The notes beneath the pieces were generated by a model that was not told where the DNA came from, did no database searches, and saw only the letters and a program-made list of their open reading frames with translations. Both the position numbers and the translations under genes were made by a program. From positions 1 through 33,225 of the forward strand of contig QMVO01000001.1 in the NCBI GenBank assembly GCA_003661125.1: DNA of 33,225 nt, read 5' to 3'. Positions 7,226-16,473 of the stretch are shown piece by piece. Source of the DNA: Methanosarcinales archaeon (GTDB lineage Archaea > Halobacteriota > Syntropharchaeia > Alkanophagales > Methanospirareceae). How positions within the stretch are numbered: position 1 is the stretch's first letter; each line of letters starts with the position of its first letter.

Positions 7226-10200
7226 TTAGTCTATAACCGTTATTGTTGCATCTCCGGGTACTGACTCGAATCTAACAGTCTTTGTTACCGCCGCTTTCTT
7301 CAAATACATTTTCACTATGAAGTTACGCGAATATAACCCATGTGCACCGGGTGTTGAAGGTGTGCTACCATAACATACCGCCCCTTGCGATAATGCATAT
7401 TCACACCTGATACCCGAATCAGACACAGAAATAATCATCTCTAATGTTTCGTATCCACTGGCAACGGCTTTTATATAATGCCTGCCGAACGGTATGAGCC
7501 CGCCTGTTGCTATCTCCTTATATGTAGCGTTTGGTATATCATACGGTTTGTAATAGAACTTTGCGTTGATATTGTAGCCATCAGAGCCTGAATATGCTGA
7601 TAAATATATATATGTAGCTCTACATACTTTAGCAACTGTTGTTTCGTTTGCTTTTACATCCACATGGAACTTACATGGCGAGAAGCACTTGTCGAGTATA
7701 TTCACATAACAATAATCGTACTCTCCTTCCTTGCCCGCTATCTCTACCGTATGTGTACCTGCGGGCAATTTAGCCGTTACTGCATACCCACCGCCCTTAT
7801 CAGCCCCATCAATAAAGAAAGCAGCAACATTGCGAGGCGTAGTAAATGTAATAGTGTCGTATGTCGCTACCGTTAACTCTCCTTCTGGTGGTTTGGGTGT
7901 ACTTACCGTGATTTTCTGTGTTGTAGTCCCACAATTAGGCGGAGTTGCATCGTTACATGCTTCCAAGCGAATGCCCCACACGCCAACCTTATCAAAAGTT
8001 ATAGTTATTGTTTTACCAGTCTTCGTGGTTACAGCCCCGTCCGGGTCTGTAATTGTCCATGTCCACGACACGATTTTGTATGGCGCTTCAGTATGTGCCA
8101 TGCCTGTTAGTGTTACAGTCTCGCCTACACTAACAGTAGTAGGACCAATAATCTTTACATGATCTACACCCGGTGGCGCACCAGGACATGCGGGGAATGT
8201 GTCTCTACCAGTATCTGAACCAGCATAATATTCATAGATCATGTCAGCATCGTCACGCGTTACTTTACCGTCACCATTAACATCAGCTCGTTCCTTGAAT
8301 TCTGATTCTGATAAACCACCTACTTTATCTTTAATCGCATTCCAGCCGAGTTCTACATAATCCATAACGAGTTTTGCATCTTCGTCTGTGACATAATTAT
8401 TGGGGTCGTTGTTCACATTGCCATAGTTACTGCATGGTGATTCTCTGTATTCATACGCCCTTGATACAGTAACTGTCCTGTGCTCATCAATAGTTCCAGC
8501 ACAGATTTTGAGATGTATCTCGTAACTGCCTGCCTCAGTAAATGTGTGTGTAACTACCCGTCCAGTCTTCTTAACATCGTGCGGGAATGTCCATTCCCAA
8601 TCAGTTATTTCAGAATCAGCACAGCCTTTTGCATGCCCTTCAAAAGTTGTAGGAGTACCTACTCGTACGCTTTCACGCGCTCCTGAATAATAACTGAACC
8701 ATGCTCCCGTTGCTGGGCATACATACGCTTTAGGATTCCAGACGATAAGTTTTTCTTCTTTCGCTCTCTTCTCAGCATTTAAGAATTCTTTAGTATCTAC
8801 ATACTTGTTGCTATGGTAAAAGAAAACTTCACCTACACCGTTTCTTACTGCTTCTAAACATATATTTCTCGTTCCGTAGTAAATCGTTCCTAAGATTCTA
8901 TAATATTTGTCTAGCTGATCTAGTGGATCAACATATACTTTTACATCTGCACCGTCGATTGTACTAAACAGCCACATAGTAGCCTCGTCGTAAGCCCATT
9001 TAGTCACATCACGACAAGTTTCTGTGTTTGGAGCGTTCTCAACCTCTATCCTGCACGATACATAATGCCCCGCTATTGCGCCTTTATCTGGAGCGTTATA
9101 TCCAGTAAGTCGTATTGTAGCATATACAGGTATTCCCGGCTCCATATCAGGAGCTTTTTTAAGCCCTTCGAGAAACTTTTGGTATGTATCCCATCTCTTT
9201 TTTAACTCTTCTTGGGTCAAGCCAGTATGTATTGTATCACCGTCTATCACATCACATACATGTGTATAGAATTCACATTCATCTTCTTTCAGATGCGGTG
9301 GAACTTTATAAACTCGCGCAGCCAACATTTTGCGGCTTCTATCATGGAATTCTAAGCATGACATCGCAAATTTCCAGTATATCCCATAAAATGCTCTCCC
9401 AAACAGTGAGTTTACCCACGCTTTTGTGTCTTTTATCCACTCGGAATAAGCAAGCAGTTCCTGTTCTGCTGGTTGCCACTGCTCATCCTTTATGTAACCC
9501 TGAATCATAATTGGCCAGTTTTGAGGTAATTCTTCGATCAAAGCCCATGCGTGTGTCATCCCCCAACCAATATAAAGACCAATTGCCGATAATGCCAATG
9601 GACCAGCAATCCAAGGTTTTTTTAGATATGTCGCTGCATCTCTTATGAGTTCTTTTGCATACGATGAGAATTTTTGATCTACAAGCATAGCCGCTTTTGC
9701 ACGGCTAATACCAAAATCTTTGCTGACACAGTCAATAGCTTTATCTCGCACGCCGGGATAGAATCCAGATTTTTTGAAATCGTCTGCAAGCATATCCATC
9801 TCTGCAATGATTCTCGTTGGTCGTGTTCTTTCACTTCCAGCTCTTTTACCCCATTCATCAAACTGGTCGATAAGCGAACTTGCAAGTTGGTTCCATCCGC
9901 CTCTGAACGAACCTCTAGGTATTGGTGTATCTGTTTCGATACAAATCGAGCGCACTATGTTCATTAAGGCAGTATCTAAATCAAACCCTACATTGTTTCT
10001 TATTGCATCTAATTCTTCGTCTGTGATAGTTCTGAACCTATAAGCAAGTTTTGCCTCTGCTGGTCCTACTATCTCTCCCGTGTCCGTTACTTTACCGCCC
10101 AGCTTAGCAAAATAACGAGCAAATTCTTCGTCTGATAGCTTACGGACAGTTTTAAACATAACTTCAGGATTGTAGTATGAGAGGAATCGAATTGCTAATC

Positions 10201-13200
10201 TACCAGGATCAGATACCGCTTCTGCTCTTATAGCATTTCTTATCGTATTTATCATTAAGTTTTCTAGCGAATCATCCGTCTTCGTAAAGTGATACCACTG
10301 TATATGATTCTCTGCAACACGCGCTATTTCCTCTATCTCTTCACGGTTCGCACCTGTAGCGACGAAAATCTCATTCCATCTCTTCTCAGTGTAATGTTTA
10401 CTTAAATGTTCCTTCACATCATTGAAGAACTGTAAACGAACGCTTGGTTCTACATCTATTTCTGGAAGTTCGTTCAGTTCTGTTATTACACGATCCCAAT
10501 CTTTGGCACGCAAGGCTTGATTTATCCGTCTCAACCGTGTTTCGTCCGTGTGTGCTAACGCTTTCCAAAGTTGCGGAAATAGTGGATGTTTTGGACTGGT
10601 AATACCTTGCGCGTATAAGACTTTAGTAAGTTCAGGCAAATCAAGCTCTTCTTCTCCTCTGACAAGCTTGTTTAACGAATTAATAGCTGAGAACTTGCAA
10701 TGCCATGCCGATGGGCTACACAAAGCATCTGCGGCTTTTATGAACACCGTTATATTTTTTGCTCTATCACCATACCGCAATGTGTAGATATACGCAGGAT
10801 ATGCCTCGTCTAAGAGCTTAGCGTATTCGTCGGGGAATAAAGAAAGTTCCTCTAATGCTTCGCGATACGATTGATGTGAAAGAGACTCCTCGATCATATT
10901 CTCTAACCTTTCGAGATCGATATAAGCTAAAGTATCGTCTATCTCATCGGCATAGTCTGATACATCACGAGCACTGATCCTAATTATAGCAGCATCATCA
11001 AGCATTACCGATGCTTCTGCAAGTTCACCTTTTACTAAGTGCTTAATATACTTCTCTTTCTCCTCTGGCCGTGCTACTCTCCAGAAATGCCAGAACCTAT
11101 CTTCAGAGAACGCTTCAAAGACTGCTTTTCTAATGGCTTCTTTTGAATATGCAGCAGCTTCACTGAGGAGAAGACCCGTTTTTGAGAATTTGCCGAGTTT
11201 ATTAGCTTTATTAAATGCTGTCAATACCAATGCATAATCGTGCATAGCAGGTGTCATAGGTGTCCCATCAAGAGATTTACCGTGCTTTACAATCTCAAAA
11301 GATTCAAAAAAGTGATATTTAGGTTTTGCCCTACGCGCAAGCTTGAATGCACCATCCCAATTGTCATTTAACAATTTAGCCAATCTCTCTCCAGAACCGC
11401 GTACAAGGTCATCATCTCCTATATATGCAAGTAATTCACCAGCAGCTTCTCGCACATTGTCCCTAATATCCGCAACTACCTTCGCATAATCTGGGTGTGC
11501 AGGATCAATATTATCGATTTGCTTTTCAAGCTCGTCCAGCCACTGGTTAAACTTACTAATCGCTTCCGAATCTTTTATTGCAGGATTATTGAGAATGTCT
11601 TCTCCTAATCCTCTAGCTTTTTCTATGTCGCCATCAGCGATAGCCTTAATCCATAAATTCAATCTCGCCTCGTCACCATATACCAGTGTTCTATAAAATC
11701 TTTGTGGATCCTCTTCTATGAAATTCCTAACAGCAGCAACATCATCGCCATATTTACTGCCTTTCCTTATGACTTTACCCAGATACTTTGTTATATTGCC
11801 ACCCGGCACCATTGGCAGTAGCGAGCATACCACAACTATCGGAAACATAGCGAGGTCAAACGCATCGGGATGATACTCCGCACCATATATGTCCTTGCCC
11901 CTAAAAACACCTGAAATCACATTTGCACAATATACCGGGTCCAGCATATCTCCCCAGAACCGGCGGCATTCATCTGAATCTTTTGGTATGCCTACGAGCT
12001 CGCAAGCCTCACCAAAGACACCATAGCGAGAGTAGAGATATATTTCCTTCGTGCCCTCGAACTTACCACACCAAACAGGACCGGTAGGTAAATATCCTTT
12101 CGATACGCTAGGTCCTATGCCATATGTCTCGCCTTCTACCAGTCCATCGGCTTTAGTAAATACAGCCTTACCATCAGGATAGCTATCTGGTGATTTAAAG
12201 ATAGGCACGGCATCCGGTGTAGATAAAAAGCATCGTGCCCAGCCATACGCCTTTTTACAAAGAATTTGATCTCCTGTTTTAAATCCTCTAGTGTGTACAA
12301 TAAACTTATCCTCCTCTGTAATAAACCTGAGCGTGAACTCAAATTCATAAGTACCTTCGCCGTTCTCACCTTGGCGACGTGTTGTCACAGGCTTTGTCCA
12401 GTCCTCATGCATCTCTTCATTCAAATAGCCCGGCTTACCCGCTATGAATCCATATCTACAAGCAGCCCCGGGTAGTGATGGTAAGCCTATACTAAGAACA
12501 CCGTTATCGTCTGTCTTCAGGAGATTACCATAGCCGTTCCAGCTCTCGGTGGTGCATATACCTTGGTGCACCGTTATATCAGAGCACGGAACTTCCTGCC
12601 ATGTACCTTCAAAAATCTCTTTCGTGACACTTACATACGCGTGTTTTATACCATGACCTTTCTCGTCCTTTACGGTTATCCGTATTTCGTACGGTCTTCG
12701 TGTTTCTGTCTTGAAATCGAGCTCGTCATCTGATGGACAACCCTGTATTATCTGCCCGTCTTTGATATGGAAACTATAATCCTTGCCATATTCCATATCA
12801 ACATCGCAGCTTAAGAAGATTGTTTCGAGCTCGTCCTTGTTTAATGTTGTAGTACTGGTTTCGATACCGACTGTATTTCCAGAGCTACAGCCTGTACCTT
12901 TACGCAGCCACAGACAGCGACGGTACGATGGTAATCCACCCGTGTTCTTTACTATTAGCTTGAATAGTGGACGTTTACAATCCCCTAAATCTATTGTGCT
13001 GTTCTCTTTTAAGCCCCAGAAAGTTATACCGTTATCAATACTGTAAAAAGCCTCTACAATCTCTAACTTAGCTGGGGGTATCTTTTTTAATTTCAAGATT
13101 AGAGCCCATCCATAACAAGCGGTAAAAAGTTTACAACTCTCGCTGCCATAGGATTCGTAGCCTTCCTTTGATGCACATGCTGTGTATACTGTCCCTTTAT

Positions 13201-14269
13201 CAAGATTGCATAAATCACACTCACCATTTGCATCCGTCCCGTAGCCGCTACCGTCAGGCTTCTCGCATTGAATAGAGTAGGTGCCCATATCAATTGCTAC
13301 TGTGGCACCTTTTATGGGCTTACCCGAAGGTTCAATCACCTTAACGCGCTGTTTGCATGTGGTACTTCTAAGTTTCAGTGTTTTAAGGGATGTACAAGCA
13401 ACAAATTCTGTGCTGGAGTCTGAAATCACTTCATAACCTGAAGGTGCTGACGCTTCTGCTACACACCAAACTCCTTCTTCAATATCCTTTACTGTACATT
13501 CGCCATTAGAATCAGTTGTGCATCTACCAAGCTCTTTTGCAGTGCCTTTCTCTCTTACTATAACAACAGATTGGGAGACACGGGCACCCGTATCTTCCTC
13601 AATAACCCTAAAGGATTGGTTGCATGTAGACTTAGCCGATACTGTTATATACTCAGTTCTAGAACAGTCAGTATCATACAGACTAACCTGCCATGTGCCT
13701 GTAGTAGCATCATCAGGGATTGTATAAACCTTACCGCCAGTGCCGGACACAGTCCACGACTTGCCAGGTATCCCACTGGGATACGCACCGATATATAAAG
13801 TGCTATTTGGTGGTGCATTTTTGTAGCTTATCGCTACCGTATCGCCTTGGTAATATTCATCCTCGTCTGTCGAAACGGAGCAGGGCTTAGTTGTTTTTAC
13901 TTTCAAGTGTATAGTGCCAGCCGAATCATGATAATAGCATGTTCCACCTTCATACGAACCGCACTCTATCACCGCATCTTTGTCTGATGAGGGCATGCTG
14001 AAGGTACAATCAGGCATTTTCTCTTCCCATGCGCCTGCACTTATATACTTCTTTTTCCAGCAACGAATTTGTCCGCCCCACTTAATATAGTAGCAAGCCG
14101 TGCCTGCGGTGTTATTTGTGTTATTAACAAATGCTCTTGCGGTAAGTGTTGCCCCTGCTGGCGCTATGAGCGTATCGCCAGGATGGTATATCTTGTTATT
14201 GTACCATATATATGCACTATAAAATTCGTATGCTGGTCCTAGTGTTCGCCCTTTCGGTTTCCTCGCCAT
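7226..14269 (-). CDS. giant (2347 aa) multidomain virion/adhesin-like protein with an embedded staphylococcal-nuclease (SNase)-like domain
   Basis: A single uninterrupted ORF. All aa positions are approximate. N-terminus: Ig-like and Cna-B/transthyretin-like repeats (TTDSNGECTVKDIEEGVWCVAEASAPSGYEV; TDANGECDLCNLDKGTVYTACASKEGYES). About aa 400-520: CARDB-like module. About aa 840-1650: helical region, with hydrophobic helices FDLAMFPIVVVCSLLPMVPGG (just before it) and WIAGPLALSAIGLYIGWGMTHAWALI (inside it). About aa 1665-1825: SNase-like (VIDGDTIHTG...IRLTGYNAPDKG...DKYYRILGTIYY...EAVRNGVGEV). Then two PKD-like units, two dockerin/EF-hand loops (NNDPNNYVTDEDAKLVMDYV; DVNGDGKVTRDDADMIYEYY), PEGA units, and a truncated PEGA end VRFESVPGDATITVID*. 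No signal peptide. Confidence 0.8.
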   Translation of the reverse strand: MARKPKGRTLGPAYEFYSAYIWYNNKIYHPGDTLIAPAGATLTARAFVNNTNNTAGTACYYIKWGGQIRCWKKKYISAGAWEEKMPDCTFSMPSSDKDAVIECGSYEGGTCYYHDSAGTIHLKVKTTKPCSVSTDEDEYYQGDTVAISYKNAPPNSTLYIGAYPSGIPGKSWTVSGTGGKVYTIPDDATTGTWQVSLYDTDCSRTEYITVSAKSTCNQSFRVIEEDTGARVSQSVVIVREKGTAKELGRCTTDSNGECTVKDIEEGVWCVAEASAPSGYEVISDSSTEFVACTSLKTLKLRSTTCKQRVKVIEPSGKPIKGATVAIDMGTYSIQCEKPDGSGYGTDANGECDLCNLDKGTVYTACASKEGYESYGSESCKLFTACYGWALILKLKKIPPAKLEIVEAFYSIDNGITFWGLKENSTIDLGDCKRPLFKLIVKNTGGLPSYRRCLWLRKGTGCSSGNTVGIETSTTTLNKDELETIFLSCDVDMEYGKDYSFHIKDGQIIQGCPSDDELDFKTETRRPYEIRITVKDEKGHGIKHAYVSVTKEIFEGTWQEVPCSDITVHQGICTTESWNGYGNLLKTDDNGVLSIGLPSLPGAACRYGFIAGKPGYLNEEMHEDWTKPVTTRRQGENGEGTYEFEFTLRFITEEDKFIVHTRGFKTGDQILCKKAYGWARCFLSTPDAVPIFKSPDSYPDGKAVFTKADGLVEGETYGIGPSVSKGYLPTGPVWCGKFEGTKEIYLYSRYGVFGEACELVGIPKDSDECRRFWGDMLDPVYCANVISGVFRGKDIYGAEYHPDAFDLAMFPIVVVCSLLPMVPGGNITKYLGKVIRKGSKYGDDVAAVRNFIEEDPQRFYRTLVYGDEARLNLWIKAIADGDIEKARGLGEDILNNPAIKDSEAISKFNQWLDELEKQIDNIDPAHPDYAKVVADIRDNVREAAGELLAYIGDDDLVRGSGERLAKLLNDNWDGAFKLARRAKPKYHFFESFEIVKHGKSLDGTPMTPAMHDYALVLTAFNKANKLGKFSKTGLLLSEAAAYSKEAIRKAVFEAFSEDRFWHFWRVARPEEKEKYIKHLVKGELAEASVMLDDAAIIRISARDVSDYADEIDDTLAYIDLERLENMIEESLSHQSYREALEELSLFPDEYAKLLDEAYPAYIYTLRYGDRAKNITVFIKAADALCSPSAWHCKFSAINSLNKLVRGEEELDLPELTKVLYAQGITSPKHPLFPQLWKALAHTDETRLRRINQALRAKDWDRVITELNELPEIDVEPSVRLQFFNDVKEHLSKHYTEKRWNEIFVATGANREEIEEIARVAENHIQWYHFTKTDDSLENLMINTIRNAIRAEAVSDPGRLAIRFLSYYNPEVMFKTVRKLSDEEFARYFAKLGGKVTDTGEIVGPAEAKLAYRFRTITDEELDAIRNNVGFDLDTALMNIVRSICIETDTPIPRGSFRGGWNQLASSLIDQFDEWGKRAGSERTRPTRIIAEMDMLADDFKKSGFYPGVRDKAIDCVSKDFGISRAKAAMLVDQKFSSYAKELIRDAATYLKKPWIAGPLALSAIGLYIGWGMTHAWALIEELPQNWPIMIQGYIKDEQWQPAEQELLAYSEWIKDTKAWVNSLFGRAFYGIYWKFAMSCLEFHDRSRKMLAARVYKVPPHLKEDECEFYTHVCDVIDGDTIHTGLTQEELKKRWDTYQKFLEGLKKAPDMEPGIPVYATIRLTGYNAPDKGAIAGHYVSCRIEVENAPNTETCRDVTKWAYDEATMWLFSTIDGADVKVYVDPLDQLDKYYRILGTIYYGTRNICLEAVRNGVGEVFFYHSNKYVDTKEFLNAEKRAKEEKLIVWNPKAYVCPATGAWFSYYSGARESVRVGTPTTFEGHAKGCADSEITDWEWTFPHDVKKTGRVVTHTFTEAGSYEIHLKICAGTIDEHRTVTVSRAYEYRESPCSNYGNVNNDPNNYVTDEDAKLVMDYVELGWNAIKDKVGGLSESEFKERADVNGDGKVTRDDADMIYEYYAGSDTGRDTFPACPGAPPGVDHVKIIGPTTVSVGETVTLTGMAHTEAPYKIVSWTWTITDPDGAVTTKTGKTITITFDKVGVWGIRLEACNDATPPNCGTTTQKITVSTPKPPEGELTVATYDTITFTTPRNVAAFFIDGADKGGGYAVTAKLPAGTHTVEIAGKEGEYDYCYVNILDKCFSPCKFHVDVKANETTVAKVCRATYIYLSAYSGSDGYNINAKFYYKPYDIPNATYKEIATGGLIPFGRHYIKAVASGYETLEMIISVSDSGIRCEYALSQGAVCYGSTPSTPGAHGLYSRNFIVKMYLKKAAVTKTVRFESVPGDATITVID

Positions 14270-14281
14270 TATCTTTAACTA

Positions 14282-15109
14282 TTAAAAGTGATAAAAATAA
14301 ATATTGTTCCATTCAAAATCAGGTGTCCAGCTCTCAAAGGTAAAGTGCCTACTAATAACTCGTGCGTTACGCTTAAGATTTTCCTCTAATAAGGGTTTTA
14401 TTACTTGGTTTACACTCTGAAGAAGATAGACATAAACACAATCTGCCTTCGCTATATCCTGAGCCGCATTCATGAAGCTTTCCTCTTTAATTGTTACAGG
14501 CAAACCTTTCGTGTTCTCTCTCGCCTGTTCTGCACGCTCATGATTGAGTTCATAGCCTATGCACTTCGCACCGAACTCGCTTGCTGCTATCTTCAAGTTC
14601 CTGCCATCGCCACACCCCAGCTCCACAAAAATCTCGCCCGGTTTTAGGTTCGCTTTTTGCAGTGCTATTCTTATCTCCTCTTCAGGTGTTGGCACATACA
14701 CTACACACTCGCTATCTTGGCACTCACCTGACCACATCACATGATAGTGGCAGTGAGTAATGCCTGCAGGAAATTGCAATGTGATTGTTGTCGGTACGCC
14801 ATTCAAATTGCCTGAATAAACAAGCTTTGTCGGGTATTTCATGAATGCGAATAGATCAAAAGGTGCGTGTAGTTTATCTTGTAATAGCCATTCAAACTCC
14901 GCTGTGTAGTTGCTATCGGTTTTTGTGATATGGTCTGTGACAATCTCTTCGCTGTGTGTCGCACTATCATAATATCTAAGTGTCGTACCCTCGGCAGTTA
15001 CAGTAATAGTGCGTGCCGTACCACTTTGTGTATCTTCTGCTTTATGCTCTTGCTCTCCTGCTTTCTCCCGTTTTTCGCGTAAAATGCGTGAAATTAAGTT
15101 ATCCCCCAT
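14282..15109 (-). CDS. class I SAM-dependent methyltransferase with an N-terminal domain of about 140 aa of unknown function
   Basis: Motif I VELGCGDGRN; acidic motif II IGYELN; later CVYVYLL strand. No DPPY/NPPY-type DNA-MTase motif was seen, so the substrate is unknown. The stop is 12 nt upstream of the giant gene start. Confidence 0.7.
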   Translation of the reverse strand: MGDNLISRILREKREKAGEQEHKAEDTQSGTARTITVTAEGTTLRYYDSATHSEEIVTDHITKTDSNYTAEFEWLLQDKLHAPFDLFAFMKYPTKLVYSGNLNGVPTTITLQFPAGITHCHYHVMWSGECQDSECVVYVPTPEEEIRIALQKANLKPGEIFVELGCGDGRNLKIAASEFGAKCIGYELNHERAEQARENTKGLPVTIKEESFMNAAQDIAKADCVYVYLLQSVNQVIKPLLEENLKRNARVISRHFTFESWTPDFEWNNIYFYHF

Positions 15110-15116
15110 CTTAAAG

Positions 15117-15764
15117 CTACGATTCGCGCCTGATTACAAATACCTCCTCACCGAGTGTGGCATTCGGTGCGCCCTGATAGACAGCAGAGTTCGCGTTGTA
15201 ACGCATCCATGCTGCCATAACCTCGGCGAAGTTATCGTACTTATTAGTTTCATATTCGATCGCGTATTCACGGCACAGTCCCTGGAACGCTTCCCAAGCT
15301 TGGTGAATAGTATAACCTTCTAATAGCGAAAGCAATGGCACTGATAACGTCCTGACGAAATCAGACAGATATGCATGTTTTTCTGACGACTGGGGCAGAA
15401 GTGCGAGGTTACGGAACCCGAAGTATGCTTTTGCACCTTTTGATGCTGCGCTAAGCGCGAGCCAGTTACCACTCTCGCACGCTATTGCTATAAATATTGA
15501 ACCGCTCACATAGTCGATATTGTTATCATTAAATATCGCTCTGCCATCGCTGCCCACTAGCCTCCGCTCTTCACCATGACCCGAAAAAAGTATCAAATCG
15601 TATTTCTTATCCTTTGGGAGGTTACCACGTGTCGCTTTTTCGCCCTCAAGAGAATCCACCTCGAACGCTTCCGCTTCTAACGCCTCGATACAGACATGTG
15701 CGAGTATTGATGCCGCTTCCAATACTTTTGTTCCTTCGTACGGTGCGATTACCAGCGCGTACAT
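15117..15764 (-). CDS. putative caspase-fold (clan CD, CHAT/gingipain-like) cysteine peptidase, minimal 215-aa form
   Basis: A hydrophobic strand followed by His-Gly (YDLILFSGHGEE), then a hydrophobic strand followed by Cys (SIFIAIACESG). Order and spacing match the caspase/CHAT His-Cys dyad. Motif-level evidence only. Confidence 0.4.
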   Translation of the reverse strand: MYALVIAPYEGTKVLEAASILAHVCIEALEAEAFEVDSLEGEKATRGNLPKDKKYDLILFSGHGEERRLVGSDGRAIFNDNNIDYVSGSIFIAIACESGNWLALSAASKGAKAYFGFRNLALLPQSSEKHAYLSDFVRTLSVPLLSLLEGYTIHQAWEAFQGLCREYAIEYETNKYDNFAEVMAAWMRYNANSAVYQGAPNATLGEEVFVIRRES

Positions 15765-15778
15765 ATTTTTTCTTAGCT

Positions 15779-16114
15779 CTATTCTTCCCCTTTCTCCGTC
15801 ATCAACTCAGCAAGTCTAATCTTTATACTCTCCACTCTTATCCTCCGCCCATCCTCTGTCACAGGTGTGAATCGCCCTTCATCATCAAGTATCTTTGCCT
15901 GTACAGGCTGGTAAATCTGCCCGAACATAAGCAACTGGTAGCGTCTGCCTGCAGGTACTACAACCCGAAATTCACCGTTCATGTCCGTGCTCGTTTCCGC
16001 TACCACATTATTGCCCGCTTCATCCATTATCTTTATCGGCGCCGCAAAAATCGGTTCACCTGTCTCTGAATCTATCGCTATGCCTTCTATTACCGCCTTC
16101 TTCTCTTCTACCAT
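15779..16114 (-). CDS. stand-alone carboxypeptidase-regulatory-like / transthyretin-like beta-sandwich protein (111 aa)
   Basis: IEGIAIDSETGEPIFAAPIKIMDEAGNNVVAETSTDMNGEFRVVVPAGRRYQLLM matches the i.G.v.D..g.Pi..A.v......g......tD..G.f....p.G.Y pattern. GGGAGTGA Shine-Dalgarno motif upstream. Confidence 0.6.
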   Translation of the reverse strand: MVEEKKAVIEGIAIDSETGEPIFAAPIKIMDEAGNNVVAETSTDMNGEFRVVVPAGRRYQLLMFGQIYQPVQAKILDDEGRFTPVTEDGRRIRVESIKIRLAELMTEKGEE

Positions 16115-16164
16115 TTTTCACTCCCTAATAAGCATTATGTAAAAATAAAATAAAAACTTTTCTA

Positions 16165-16473
16165 TTAATATCGCTTCCATTTGGTTTTATATTTGCGAGC
16201 GTCCATCCGAACCATCAGAAGCCACTCTACTTTTTTCACTTTATGCGTTTCGCGCCATTCTTTGAGTTTTTTCAAGAATCCACGCGTACTACCTGTCTTG
16301 ACTTGCACGAAATCTATCTCGCTACCGTCCGGCGAAATCGCAACGAAATCAAACATGTTAAAAATATCTTGTGTGCCATATTTCGAGGTCTTTTGTGGCT
16401 TAAACACTTTCCAGCCCCGTTTCTCATATTCTTGCACGGCTTCTCGTTCATGTAAACTACCTTTTGTGGTCAT
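16165..16473 (-). CDS. Hjc/archaeal Holliday-junction-resolvase-like PD-(D/E)XK nuclease
   Basis: KGSLHEREAVQEYEKRGWKV ... DFVAISPDGSEIDFVQVK follows the Hjc pattern G...ER.....L...G ... D..A......(I)E(V)K. The usual E.K reads Q.K here. I prefer the ATG at 16473 (MTTKGS...) to the track's TTG at 16488. Confidence 0.55.
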   Translation of the reverse strand: MTTKGSLHEREAVQEYEKRGWKVFKPQKTSKYGTQDIFNMFDFVAISPDGSEIDFVQVKTGSTRGFLKKLKEWRETHKVKKVEWLLMVRMDARKYKTKWKRY

